From: Podarcis cretensis
Taxonomy: Eukaryota
Reading direction: 5' to 3'
Length of the DNA: 64,000 nucleotides
Assembly: GCA_951804945.1 (NCBI GenBank)
Contig: OX638151.1
Coordinates: 29,512,001 to 29,576,000 of the forward strand
Under the pieces are notes generated by a model, which was given only the letters and a program-made list of their open reading frames with translations, searched no databases and was not told the DNA's origin. This document shows, one piece after another, positions 1-11,295 of the stretch. Each line of letters opens with the position of its first letter. The first letter of the stretch is position 1. The translations under genes and the position numbers were made by a program.

Positions 1-447
1 AAAGGGAATATCCTTATTCTAGTTTTCCTTCAACGTGGGCTCACTGACTGTGGTATGCAGGTACAATAATTTAAACAAGCACACATAAGTGCCACCTATA
101 CTGCCAATATATTGATTACATTTGCTTACTGACTAATTGGAATCTAAGGAGGAAAACTTTCTACTTCATGACTCACTATGAGAATGACTGTGAAATTCTG
201 AAGTGACACATCTGGAAGGAGACAGCTGCACCTATTTTGACCTAAAGAGCTTGGAAATCAAAGCTATGCTGATTTTCCCACTTTTTCAATGACTGCATTA
301 TTGTGGTTTGTTATGAAAACAAAGCTCATGTGCACATCCTAATGACACCTTCTTGGCTCCTTCCCTGGTGTGAATAAGAAACAACCTGGTTACCCACAAT
401 GAAGCTTGACTTCCCATGATGTTGGAAGCCAGGATCCTAGTTTGCAA

Positions 448-554
448 AACCAGAACAGCGCACGGAAACACCGTTTACCTTCCCGCTGGAGCGGTACCTA
501 TTTATCTACTTGCACTCTGACGTGCTTTCGAACTGCTAGGTTGGCAGGAACTGG
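448..554 (-). mobile_element. Sauria SINE internal fragment
   Basis: Near-identical to the middle of the full copies at 35350 and 60404 (GTTTACCTTCCCGCTGG...CTATTTATCTACTTGCAC...GAACTGCTAGGTTGGCAGG). Confidence 0.85.
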
Positions 555-1110
555 TATAATAGGGAGCAACAAATCAGGATCCCAGGTTCAGAAAGCACAA
601 GAAGCCAATCTCAATGGTGGCTTCAACTGGTTTGTTTGTCCTACTCACACAAGGGGAGAATTGAAAGAGGGAGAAATCAGGCAACATGAATTAGCACAAT
701 ATTTATTCACAATGAACCTGCAAAAGCAACCTAAAATTTGAGGACTGGACAAATTACCAGCATTTCAACCCCCATAGAAACTTTAGTAAGTGAGGTGGGA
801 AGAGATTCAGGATACTGTCTGCTGCACAAGTTGCCCAATTGAGGAAAAGCTTTTTTGGCATCAAGAAACAGTAGCTAACATCTAAGCCAATAGTCTAATG
901 TTTCGCAGAATTACTGCTCAGTATCTGAGTGGTGTAACCAAGAAAAACTGAAGAGCAGTATGGTTGGGTTACAATTTAGAAATATCAGCATACTGAATTA
1001 AGTTGTCTATGATGGAAAATCTGTATGAATTGAAAATTGAAAAATATTTTCAGGGAATGCAATACAGGGAATGCTATATTGAAGTATAGCCTTATTCATT
1101 AGTTCTAATA

Positions 1111-1335
1111 CAGTGGTACCTCGGGTTACATACGCTTCAGGTTACAGACTCCGCTAACCCAGAAATAGTACCTTGGGTTAAGAACTTTGCTTCAGGATGA
1201 GAACAGAAATCGTGCTCCGGCGGTGCGGCGGCAGCAGGAGGCCCCATTAGCTAAAGTGGTGCTTCAGGTTAAGAACAGTTTCAAGTTAAGAACGGCCCTT
1301 GGAACGAATTAAGTACTTAACCCGAGGTACCACTG
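1111..1335 (+). mobile_element. Tc1/mariner (Tigger-like) MITE, family A
   Basis: TIRs CAGTGGTACCTCGGGTTA / TAACCCGAGGTACCACTG, TA on both sides; further copies at 24942 and 43062. Confidence 0.9.
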
Positions 1336-2200
1336 TATATACCTCCAAGAATCTGAATGTAATGGCAGCATTTTATTTTAAAGTGAGGCACATGGATCTT
1401 AAAGATAGGACAAGAAGCAAATTATTCCATCCCATATTGTTCTTTCCAGTCTATCTCTGAAGAAAGTCTTTTAAGGTGCCCCCCTGAAAACATTTTATTG
1501 TAGGTACAGGAACCACTTACGGTAGATTGCCTTCACCCTCTGTTCAAGAAGGAGAAACTTATACCACACTACCATTGTGCAGTCAAAAGAAAAACATCAT
1601 AAGGATGCAGATTTGCAAAGGAGGGTGATATTTGAAGAAACTGTTACTGAAAGTAGTTATGAAGACACTTGTAAACATTCACCAGAGACTAAGTTTTCAG
1701 TTCCTTTACTTGCTCTTTTCCTAAAATGTAGAACAAAGCAAGTTAATCTCTACTGTATTTTCCTACTAAGCCACCTTAAGTAGGTATCTATTCATCTTAT
1801 TTCAGAAATTATGATATATTTAAACAGAAAATTAAACCCATGCAAGCAGCATTCAAAAATTGCAACTTGTAATATTAGCAAAACAAATATTTAAGTCTTA
1901 TGATAGTATGAGTTGTACCTACTGAACTTCTCTCAAGCATTTAATATCTCACATTCAGTGTTTTACATCGCATAGCGAAGACAATTACAGGAACGCCCCT
2001 CAGCTAGTGATAAAATCTACTTCTTGTCTCAAAGAAGACATTAAGCTAAAGAAATTGTAGTTTGCCTGCAGTGACCTTTACATTCAGCTATAACAATAAA
2101 GTTTACTAAATGTTGACCTCTCTACGCACTACTAGAAGCAATATAGTTTGAAGCAATCACACTGTAACGCTGTTTAAGGTTGTAATCTTAAACCCAGTTA

Positions 2201-2550
2201 CCGTATTGGCCTGAATAAAAGCCTCACTTTCCCCCCAAATTCCGAATGTGAAAAGTTTAAGTGTGGCTTATATTTGCGACCTTACAGTATGCAGCCAGAA
2301 GCGCGGGGCAAACAGGAGCACAGCAAAGCGGGCGCCTGCCCCATGCGTAGTCCCCATCCTCTCCCCCCAGGCCAAGAAGGGAGAGAGCTGGAAGGGGAAA
2401 GGCCGCTGGCAATGCAGTGTGTCCCTCCCCCCTATGCAGCCAAGAGAAGAGGAATGGAACGGCTTATATTCAGGTATTTTTTCTTTTTTTCTCCTCCAAT
2501 TTTAAAGGTGTGGCTTATATTCGAGTCAGCTTATATTCAGGCCAATACAG
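2201..2550. mobile_element. Tc1/mariner (Tc2/pogo-like) MITE
   Basis: TIRs CCGTATTGGCCTGAATA / TATTCAGGCCAATACAG, TA flanks. Confidence 0.8.
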
Positions 2551-2970
2551 TACGTACGCTTATATCTTCCTGAATCTGGTGGGGTTACTGTGCATAGAAC
2601 TGAAGACTGGCAATCCAGGGCAAATAACAGCCAGAGATTTTTCAATCCTGTGCATGTTTACACAACTTGATCATAACAATGAGAAGCCAATCTCACTTTG
2701 GTCAAATGGACTTTACTTTCAAAATGTGTGCATGGGCATTCTTAGTCATCAAGTGATGTTGCTTGTATGTTTATTGAGAGCCAAACAGAAAGCTCTCTCT
2801 TCTTTATTGGCAAGTGCCTGTGGCATGATACCTCTGACAGTGGAGGTAAAACATTTCCATTGTGGCTAGTAGCCATTGATAGCTTTGTCCTCTATTGCTT
2901 CCTATTTTAAAACTTCAAATTGGTAGTGAATACCTCCTCCTGTGCGAGAAAGTTCCATAGTTAACTATGT

Positions 2971-3309
2971 GCCCAGACACTGAGGACGTTCTGCCCAGAC
3001 ACTGAGGTCCAGCTCCGAGGGCCTTCTGGCGGTTCCCTCACTGCGAGAGGCCAAGTTACAGGGAACCAGGCAGAGGGCCTTCTCGGTAGTGGCGCCCGCC
3101 CTGTGGAACGCCCTCCCATCAGATGTCAAAGCGATAAACAACTACCTGACATTCAGAAGACATCTGAAGGCAGCCCTGTTCAGGGAAGTTTTTAATATGT
3201 GACATTTTAGTGTACTTTTCATCTTTGTTGGAAGCCGCCCAGAGTGGCTGGGGAAACCCAGCCAGATGGGCGGGGTACAAATAATAAATTATTATTATTA
3301 TTATTATTA
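2971..3309 (+). mobile_element. 5'-truncated LINE (L2/CR1 group) 3' end with (ATT)n tail
   Basis: AGGGCCTTCTCGGTAGTGGCGCCCGCCCTGTGGAAC...GGAAGCCGCCCAGAGTGGCTGGGG...ATAATAAATTATTATT; CpGs intact; decayed sibling near 31500-31615. Confidence 0.8.
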
Positions 3310-4864
3310 CTCACCATTTAAGCTGTTTAAAATGTGTCCCTGTCCTTAACATCTGTGCCCTCAACCCTTATAGCCATGAGAAAAGGAAGCACTATTATTT
3401 CCTATATCACTGATGTGAGAGACAGCTTGCTAGAGGATGGAGGTGGCTTTATCCTCTTCCAACAGGTACAAATGTCCATTCATTTTCATATTAGCTGTTT
3501 AGATGGGAGGGGGCTAAGGTTAAATTGGCATATGGAAATGGCCAATATTTATTAGCCACTTCATTCCAGAAGCAAGTGCTTCTTCATGTAAACATCATAC
3601 TGTCATTGTTGGCTCCATATACTGTACCTGCTGCTTCCCTCCCTCCACCCTTTTGCATATTTCTGCCTCCACAATACTAGGCCATAAGCTCTCACTCCTT
3701 GGTTCTATTTACCATGGACTACATGAAAGCAAGCTTTCTTTCAGTGGCTTACAAGCATTCTCAGCTATTGACAAATATGACATGAATTTCTTGTTTTTAT
3801 AGTGATTGTGTATATATTATTACTTCATACTACTTTTTAAACTTTATTTTTGTACCCTTCAGGAAATTAATACAAAAGCAGTAATTCTCAGTTCGCAGTG
3901 CAGTTCTCAGAAGTTACATCTTTACAAGTATCATCCTGGGAATCATCATCCCAGTTGTGGACAACATTCTGGCCAACTCAGCTATATAGGAAAAAGAAAA
4001 AGTCACTCTGTAGCTCCATTAATATCTTCTTGATAGCCAAAGCGTCAATACCCCAGTCTGCTCTAGATGGCTTGCCTCCTTATTCTCACTACCATTGCAC
4101 TTTATGGAGACTGTGTGCTAGAGCATCACTTTCCCAACTGTAGCCTGCAGACCACCAGCGATCTGCGAGCTTCATCTGGATAGCCCACGTTGTGGGCCTG
4201 TGGCTTTGCTGTTGAAGACTGGAGATGGCACATCCATTGCGTTAAACATACTGATTTGATTTTATTGCCTCTTTAGAGTTCTTCAATTGCATTTGCCATT
4301 GTCATATGCCAATTTATTTATTTCAGTCTGAATTCTACTGTGTCCTGAAACAAAATGCAACACACAAGCCATAAAGGAAGCAATAATAACACAATTAAAA
4401 ATCATATAGCGCCCAGCACAAGGCATTAACAATTATTACAGCAAGTAGGAAACCGTGTGTGTGTTGTGTGTGCATTAGGTCCTCCATCCAGACCCTCAGC
4501 AATGTTCAAGTGGTTCGTGGGGAGGAAAGTTTGGGAGCCGCTCCATTTCTTTTCCAATCCAAACCCTGCACCCCGTTAGCACACGTTTCACAGCCAGGGG
4601 TTGCTAACCTTCAGCGACCCCCCCTGCAGCCAGCAGGTCACTACGGGGGCGTCCATGCTGCAGCTTCTTCACCTGCCTGTTTCTGAACGCGGAGATGCTG
4701 CTCAAAGCCCAGCAGCGGAGCGGAGCAGCCCCCCAGTCCGCCACCCCCGTTCAGCTGACAGGGCCGCCTGCCCCCCGCCCACAAGCCGCCCCCACCCTGG
4801 AGCCAGGCCTCACCCTCCACCTCCTTCCTCCACCCCTTCCTCCTGCCCCAGCCCTGCCCCTCAC

Positions 4865-4920
4865 CAGCTCTTCCGGGCGGCCGGAGGTCTGCTCGGGTTG
4901 GGCTCAGCCCCCCGGAACAT
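4865..4920 (-). CDS. GPATCH2: G-patch domain-containing protein 2, coding exon 1 (MFRGAEPNPSRPPAARKSW...)
   Basis: ATG at 4920 on the minus strand, 56 coding nt, ending TG|GTGAG at a canonical donor. The peptide resembles the human GPATCH2 N-terminus as I recall it (MFGAAGRQPIGAPAAGNSW). Head-to-head arrangement with SPATA17 is the known synteny. Confidence 0.85.
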
Positions 4921-5364
4921 GTACCCGGCGCCCGCCGTCGGCCGCTCCCTGGGGAGGCGGGTGCCGCTTCGCAGAGACTCGGGGGAAGGTGGCCGTCCAC
5001 CGGGCCAGCTCTGGGGCTGCTGCGCTTCCTCAGTCCCCCATGATGGAATCCCGGAAGCAGCCGCGGCGCTGGGAGGAAACCGGGCCCGACCATTCCTCCC
5101 TTGGTGGGGGTCGCCGAAGCAGCAGCAGCTGTAGGAGCGGCGGCGGCAGCAGCAGCAGCGGGGCGTCTTCGTCCTCGCCGCGACCACCACTCGACCCGCT
5201 TCGTCCTGCCTTCCTCTACGCCCTCCCCGCCGTCAGGCTTAACGCGCCTTCCCTCTGGTCCCTTTCCCCCACCCCCACCCCCCGCTCTGTCTCGGGTGGT
5301 ACGTCCCGGTTGCCATGCCGACTCCTTGTACACCATCAATGGGAGCTGGCTGGGAGGGGGGAAG

Positions 5365-5432
5365 ATGGCCACTCTGGCCAGGCTGCAAGAGAGGCTGCCG
5401 CTCTTCAAGGGGGAGTATTACTCTAGGAACAG
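5365..5432 (+). CDS. SPATA17: Spermatogenesis-associated protein 17, exon 1 (MATLARLQERLPLFKGEYYSRN)
   Basis: Good Kozak context (AAGATGG); MATLARLQ matches the SPATA17 N-terminus; 68 nt ending AG|GTAAAG. Confidence 0.95.
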
Positions 5433-5903
5433 GTAAAGCTTCCTCTCGCCCTCACGCTCGCGCCGCACTCCCCAGCCTGCCCACGGAGCAGCCACTCCCT
5501 CCCCCCCCGGAAAGTTCCCAGGTTTGCTGCGGGGGGGGGGGGGAAGGGGGGGAGAGATAATTTCTTCTTTTGTTTTGACCTCGGAGCAGCAGCAGCAGAA
5601 GCTGCTCTTTCCCTCTCTTCCTCTGCTCCCAGTAGCATAAAATTCACAGGTGAACCAGTGGATTGTGCAAAAAAAAAATCGAAAGGGGAGACCTTGCCCC
5701 CCCCCCCAGTTCATTTCTGGGAGGGGGAGCAGGGGCATGGGGTGGGCAAAAGAAAAGTGAGGGGTTTGGTTTGCTGCTGCACCTTTAGCAACTGCTTCCA
5801 AGATTTTGGGAGGGGCAGCTCAGGCTTGTTGAAATCTCTCCCTATTGTTAAAGGTGTGAGAGACCTATCCACATTGCACCTGGCTATCCAAACTAGCATG
5901 GTA

Positions 5904-5948
5904 AAAAAGGTGAAGGTAAAGGACCCCTGGATGGTTAAGTCCAGTTAA
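5904..5948 (-). mobile_element. Short Sauria SINE 3' tail
   Basis: AAAGGTGAAGGTAAAGGACCCCTGGATGGTTAAGTCCAG resembles the tail of the full copies. Confidence 0.6.
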
Positions 5949-6059
5949 GGGGGCTCATGCCACTACGCTAGTGGAATACTCTTACAGTGCTTCCCTTTGC
6001 TTGTGAGACTTCCTGGTCCTACAAAGATGCCAAGTTATGGTTTGAAGGTAACAAGTGGC

Positions 6060-6223
6060 CATCCTGGCAAAACTAAGCAGGTCTAGGGCTGGTCAGTGCC
6101 TCCAGTGAGCGACTTCCTTGGAACCACATCTATGTTGTGCCTTGATTTCAATGATGGGAGAAAAGTGGGATATAAATGTTTAAAAAACAAACAAATAAAT
6201 AAAATGTTCCCCCTACCCAGGAT
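6060..6223 (+). mobile_element. Decayed 5S rRNA-derived SINE with A-rich tail
   Basis: AACTAAGCAGGTCTAGGGCTGGTCAGTGCC resembles 5S rRNA AAGCTAAGCAGGGTCGGGCCTGGTTAGTAC; ends GGGATATAAATGTTTAAAAAACAAACAAATAAATAAA. Confidence 0.55.
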
Positions 6224-7039
6224 ATCAAGAGGCATGGGTATCTCTCAAAGAAATAAAATAAATAGACAAGCCCCAGGTAGACCTGGCATCTCAGAAACTT
6301 GTAATCCAGGACTATCCTTGGGTTGATTATGAGTTGTAGATGTGGCATCCAGACATCTTTCCACTCACCACTGAAACTCTCTGTTCCCACACTGTTTTCT
6401 TTCCCTCTTAATTAATTGCACTGCTACCACAGTCAACTTCAGAGTCTACCACTCCACTGCATTTCCCTCAAAAACAAAACAAAACACAACCCAAAGCAAT
6501 CCACCAGGTTGATAACTTTCCTAGGTTGTCATATGCTATTCAAACTCTTTCCTTTCCCAGCAAAAAAAGTTACAGCAGCACCATGCTACTTTGCAGGGCT
6601 AACATAACATACACACGCACAGTCCCACCCACCCCATCTTGTTCAATATGGATTCAATAATGATTGGCATTAGAGTAATTTTAAAAATATTTATGATTTC
6701 AGGGAATAACCCTACCCCAATTCCTGTCTTTTCTGCTTTTTTTGTTTTTGAGTTAGCATAATACACCGTAATTACAGCTACACTAACATTGTTTTCTGTG
6801 ATGCAGCAATCATTTCTCCATCAGGAAAGACTGCAAGGATGTTGGACACCACTCTTTATTTACTTCCTATCAGTTATAAGACAAAATTGTTTTACTAGGT
6901 TTAATAAAAGAATGTGATCTTACTCAGATAATATATTGTTTGTTTATTCTGCTCTTGAATCATTTGTTTATTTATATGTCACTTAATTGTATGGCTGACC
7001 AAATTGCAAATTGTGAAAAACCATTTCTTGTGTTTTCAG

Positions 7040-7129
7040 ATGCGTAGATGAATATAGAAAAACAGAATATTATGCTGCTGTAAAAATTCAGAGTTGGTTT
7101 CGAGGATGCAAAGTCCGAGCGTATATCCG
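7040..7129 (+). CDS. SPATA17: SPATA17 exon 2 (IQ motif 1: AAVKIQSWFRGCKVRAYIR)
   Basis: ttttcag acceptor, CG|GTAATT donor, 90 nt, frame continuous with exon 1. Confidence 0.95.
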
Positions 7130-7241
7130 GTAATTTGATCTGCATCCAAATTGTAGACATGCATACTTGGAACTCACCCCAACTGATAACATAAGTGTTT
7201 ATTTCTTGGCAAAATGACTTTAGGTTACACCCTAAATCTGT

Positions 7242-7446
7242 ATAAAAAAATTCCTTCCAGTAGCGCCTTAAAGACCACCTAAGTTAGTTCTTGGTATGAG
7301 CTTTCGTGTGCATGCACACTTCTTCAGATACAGCTCATACCAAGCTCATACCAAGAACTAACTTAGTTGGTCTTTAAGGTGCTACTGGAAGGATTTTTTT
7401 TATTTTGTTTTGACTATGGCAGACCAACACGGCTACCTATCTGTAA
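7242..7446. mobile_element. Penelope-like element remnant with inverted pseudo-LTR
   Basis: About 60-bp inverted arms (7244-7303 / 7342-7400); terminal GGCAGACCAACACGGCTACC as I recall from squamate PLE ends; flanking direct repeat CCTAAATCTGT at 7231-7241 and 7447-7457. Confidence 0.8.
7294..7331 (-). ncRNA. Minimal type I hammerhead ribozyme motif
   Basis: Minus strand reads GUAU-CUGAAGA-A-GUGUGC-AU-GCACAC-GAA-AGCU-C-AUAC: stem I, catalytic core, stem II, GAAA, palindromic stem III, UC cleavage site. Confidence 0.7.
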
Positions 7447-7764
7447 CCTAAATCTGTTTGTTATTTACCACTTTGCCAAGTCTCGCTGAAGTTAAGAACT
7501 TGCTTTGCACATGGAACCCCCTTATTTTTCAAATGAGAAAAATTAATAGCTTTCGGCTATTTTGAAATTTTCTTCTTATTTTCTTGTTTATTTTATTTAA
7601 AATTGCTAGGCTAAATAAGCTGGAGGAAATAATTTAAATCCCTTTAGTCATTTATTTGTGAATGTCAGTCATGTGGCATTCACTTGACAAGATGTCTCTC
7701 AAGAGATAAGTTTTTTAAACTTGGCTTCTCTAGACATTTGCAAAGTATCTAAATTAACAAAAGA

Positions 7765-7905
7765 CTGCACATATAGTTCAGTTGGTAGAGACCCTTAATC
7801 TCAGAGTCATGAGTTCAAGCCTCACATTGGGCAAAAGATTCCTGCATTGCAGGAGTTGGACTAGTTGACCCTTGTAGTCCCATCCAACTCTACAATTCTG
7901 TGATC
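7765..7905 (+). mobile_element. tRNA-Lys-derived SINE with CR1-like tail (Squam3-like)
   Basis: TAGTTCAGTTGGTAGAG...CTTAATCTCAGAGTCATGAGTTCAAGCC (A/B boxes), then TTGGACTAGTTGACC...TCCAACTCTACAATTCT. Confidence 0.8.
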
Positions 7906-9165
7906 ATATCTGTTGTATCTGTGGGATGCAGTGTGGAGCTCGTGGTAGTACCAGACTGCATCCTGGAAATGTCCCCTTTACTTAAAAATCTGTTGCTGAA
8001 TCTGGCAGCTGCAGTTTCTCCTGCCTGCTTGTTTCCTCTAATCTGCTCCTCCCTGTTTGTTGTGAGGACATACTTCTCATTATAGCAGGCTGGGTGAAGA
8101 TGTTAGAAACAGCTCGTAAGAGATGGTAGAAACCACCATCTCTAAATGTAGCTGCAGACTTAAAAGCTAAGAAGTTTTCCAGGTTACCACCTGGCAATCA
8201 CTAATAGTTGGGGCTTTGTGTAGAGAAGCATGTGGGTTTGCAAGCCTTTTTATACCCTGTGCAGCAGGCTTGTGGATTGAGGAATATGTGTAGAGAACTG
8301 TACCATTTTTTTCATTATTTGAATGTTTCCACCTTGCAGAGGAGCACATGAAATGGTCTAGTACAGACTTAATGTTCCTGACTTTATAGACAGAAATTAT
8401 TAAGTCAAGAACAACCACTGGGGCGGTGCTTTCCACTGTCATCCATTCCCCCCCCCCCCCCCCCGTTCTCTTCCTGCATGCCAGCTTCAGTCAAACCAAA
8501 GATTACCATTATGTCTGGAACAGGAAACTGTGGCTTAATGTGGCTGTTAACCAAGATCTGAAAACAGACCAAGCAGTTCTTTGTTTTGGATGTAACAGGG
8601 ATCTGGTGCAGAAGCTGGTGTACAAGTGGAAGAAGGATGGAGAGGAAGGAAGAGGAAGAGTGTGGGCCCATCGCTTGCTCCCACTTGGATAAACTATGGT
8701 TTATTAAGCCAACAATGTTATGTCCAAACCAGCCTAGTGAAATTTGGTACTATTCTTCTAAGGCTCAAAGTTCAGACAAGCCTAAAGTGGAAAGCAGCCA
8801 GAGATGATTATATTTTTGCCAGCTTATCCTTGTCAGAAGCTGACACTGACTTAAAACTGTTAACGCTTCACATCCTCTTCCCTATTCCTTTTGTGGCTCC
8901 ATAAGAAGTTACATTGGAAAGGGTCCATGATTCAGGCAAGACTTTAGTGCTTTTAATCCCAAATTGATACCATGTATTCAAAAAAATTGGATGAAAGCAT
9001 CAAGATTTAAGCTGCCACCTCAAATTTAGGATGCATATTGATATAAAAAGTCTCCAAATTTTAATTGTCAAGCTAGACTGCTGCATGCACTGGATTTTAA
9101 AAAAAATGGTTCAACTTTTCACTATTTCCAGGGGGAAAAAATCTTACCAAGGTATTTTGTTTCAG

Positions 9166-9247
9166 GTATCTGAACAAAATGATGGTTTTTATTCAGAAAT
9201 GGTGGCGGGGTTATCAAGGAAGACAAAAATTCAGAGAAATGGTGGAG
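9166..9247 (+). CDS. SPATA17: SPATA17 exon 3 (IQ motif 2: YLNKMMVFIQKWWRGYQGRQKFREMVE)
   Basis: tttcag acceptor, GAG|GTAAAA donor, 82 nt, IQKWWR motif. Confidence 0.95.
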
Positions 9248-11244
9248 GTAAAAACTAAATTTGTAATTAAAAATTATTGTAAGCTTTCCATAAGACTGTA
9301 CGCAAATACAAAGTAGGTGAAATCTCTTCAGTTTGGTGCCAAGTACTTGCTAGCTTTTAAATTCACATGCTGTTGATCGGGTATAAATGTTTCAGGATTA
9401 AAGAGGGGGAAATAAATTACCAGCAGGTCTTGTTAACTTTTCTAAGCTGGTTGTAGACTCACAGGTTCTGTTGCTCTTAGAAAAAAGAATAGAGTATTAA
9501 ATATCTGAATTCAAGGGAACAATGAGAGGGAATATCCTTGGCTTCATTGGCCTTATCTCTACCAGATGGGGCTGCACTCCTACTAAAGTTGGCATGGGGA
9601 ACCTCTGATTTGCAAGCCAGATTAGGCCTGCCAAGGGGCCTAATTTGACTTGCAAGGACATTTCCCCACAACTGGCCACCTGCCCCACATCTGAGACATC
9701 AAGTGTGGGGCAGATAAAGCCACAGTTAGGAAGGGACAACTGGGAGCCTTGGTGCGCACACACCTTTCCAGTTGTTCCTCTGCAAGCAGAGCTTGCATTC
9801 AGTGCCTTTTAAATTTGGTGCTTAACGCAAGCCTCATTGAGAATAGTCCTACTCAGGAGTTCTCAAAAGGAGAGTGAATCCTACTCGCAACCTAATAAGC
9901 TGTTCCAAGGCTTTAAAACAACAGATTTTCAGTTTTTTTGGTTTTTAAAAAGCTCTCCCTTCCCTGTGATATTTTTTTGCTATATTAGAAAGGAAGTAAT
10001 ATAATATTAAAGCCAGCATTTTAAGACCTCCTTTAATTAAATGAAAGGAATTATGCCTGGCCTAATGTAATGAAGAAAGCGAATTTTAAAATGAAGTAGC
10101 ATCATTGTGTTCATTTGTAAATAACATATTGCAGCCAACTGTTTCTTAATTGCCCAGACTGTTGATAAATAATCCGGTCCTGCTGCTCTCCACAGACAAT
10201 TTGCTTTGGATCAGACTAGGCAATTCAAATAACACTAATTACAGTGAAACCCTTTTACGGTGAATTCTTCTTTGCCAGGGAGGGTGAGGGGAGTAGTGAG
10301 AGAAAAGGAAACCACATATCACTTTTCCCTCTGATTTGTAGTCCCCCTCCCCTCCAAGTCTGCAACTTATGCTGAATAAAGGACATCTTCTGCCTTGAAA
10401 GTACTTATTTTACTTTTTATGATGCAGTTGTGAATTATGTTCATTTTGCATTTGTAATTAGAGGGCGGAACAGATGTGAAAGCTTAGTGTAAAGTGATGT
10501 ATCCATTAAAATAACCTATCCTGCCAACTGAGTGTTTGCTATAACAGGGGATTCTTTCACTCAGAGTGGGATTCGCCTTTATTGGAAGGGAACCAGGAAA
10601 TGTTTTCTATATCAGGGGATTCACTGTAACATGTTATCATTGTATTTATGATTTTATGATGTTGGAATGAATATTAAATGAAACAAAATTCCCAAGAATT
10701 ACTCAGGAGGCAACTAAGTACATAANNNNNNNNNNNNNNNNNNNNNNNNNNNNNNNNNNNNNNNNNNNNNNNNNNNNNNNNNNNNNNNNNNNNNNNNNNN
10801 NNNNNNNNNNNNNNNNNNNNNNNNNNNNNNNNNNNNNNNNNNNNNNNNNNNNNNNNNNNNNNNNNNNNNNNNNNNNNNNNNNNNNNNNNNNNNNNNNNNN
10901 NNNNNNNNNNNNNNNNNNNNNNNNNNNNNNNNNNNNNNNNNNNNNNNNNNNNNNNNNNNNNNNNNNNNNNNNNNNNNNNNNNNNNNNNNNNNNNNNNNNN
11001 NNNNNNNNNNNNNNNNNNNNNNNNNNNNNNNNNGACTACCATAGATTTTTCTGGTTAAGCCTGCATTATGTATTAGGAAGCCTATCTCTTCAATACAAAG
11101 TTTGATTTTATTCTCTCTAAGCCTAGAACTCTTATTATGTATTATGTATAAAGATTCTTATCTTTTATATGTAAAAATAGGAGTACTGTCTTTGTGTAAC
11201 TGAAATGTATGCCATCTTTCCCCCCACCCCTCCTTGATTCACAG

Positions 11245-11295
11245 ACAGCATATTTTATTATGAAGATGAATTTCTACAATGAAATGGCTGTCAGG
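11245..11295 (+). CDS. SPATA17: SPATA17 exon 4 (TAYFIMKMNFYNEMAVR)
   Basis: ttcacag acceptor, AGG|GTAAAT donor, 51 nt; similar to recalled human VAYYTMMMNLYNAMAVR. Confidence 0.93.

Larger units (their letters stand above)
4500..5600. promoter_or_regulatory. CpG island / bidirectional promoter shared by GPATCH2 and SPATA17
   Basis: Sharp rise in GC and CpG content against an AT-rich background. Two divergent start codons 445 bp apart. ETS-like CCGGAAG at 5051 and YY1-like AAGATGGC over the SPATA17 ATG. Confidence 0.9.

Noticed and set aside
1-4500. GPATCH2 exon 2
   Set aside because: No minus-strand segment encoding the expected MEELVHDLVSALEES-type peptide was seen; it presumably lies left of the window.
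4601-5426. Long overlapping ORFs (177, 243 and 255 aa) on both strands
   Set aside because: Low-complexity Pro/Gly/Ala/Arg products from a stop-poor CpG island; only the short spliced first exons are supported.
6060-6125. Possible 5S rRNA gene
   Set aside because: Partial and heavily diverged, followed by a retroposon tail.
7772-7845. Possible tRNA-Lys gene
   Set aside because: Deleted and mutated cloverleaf fused to a CR1-like tail, so a SINE head.
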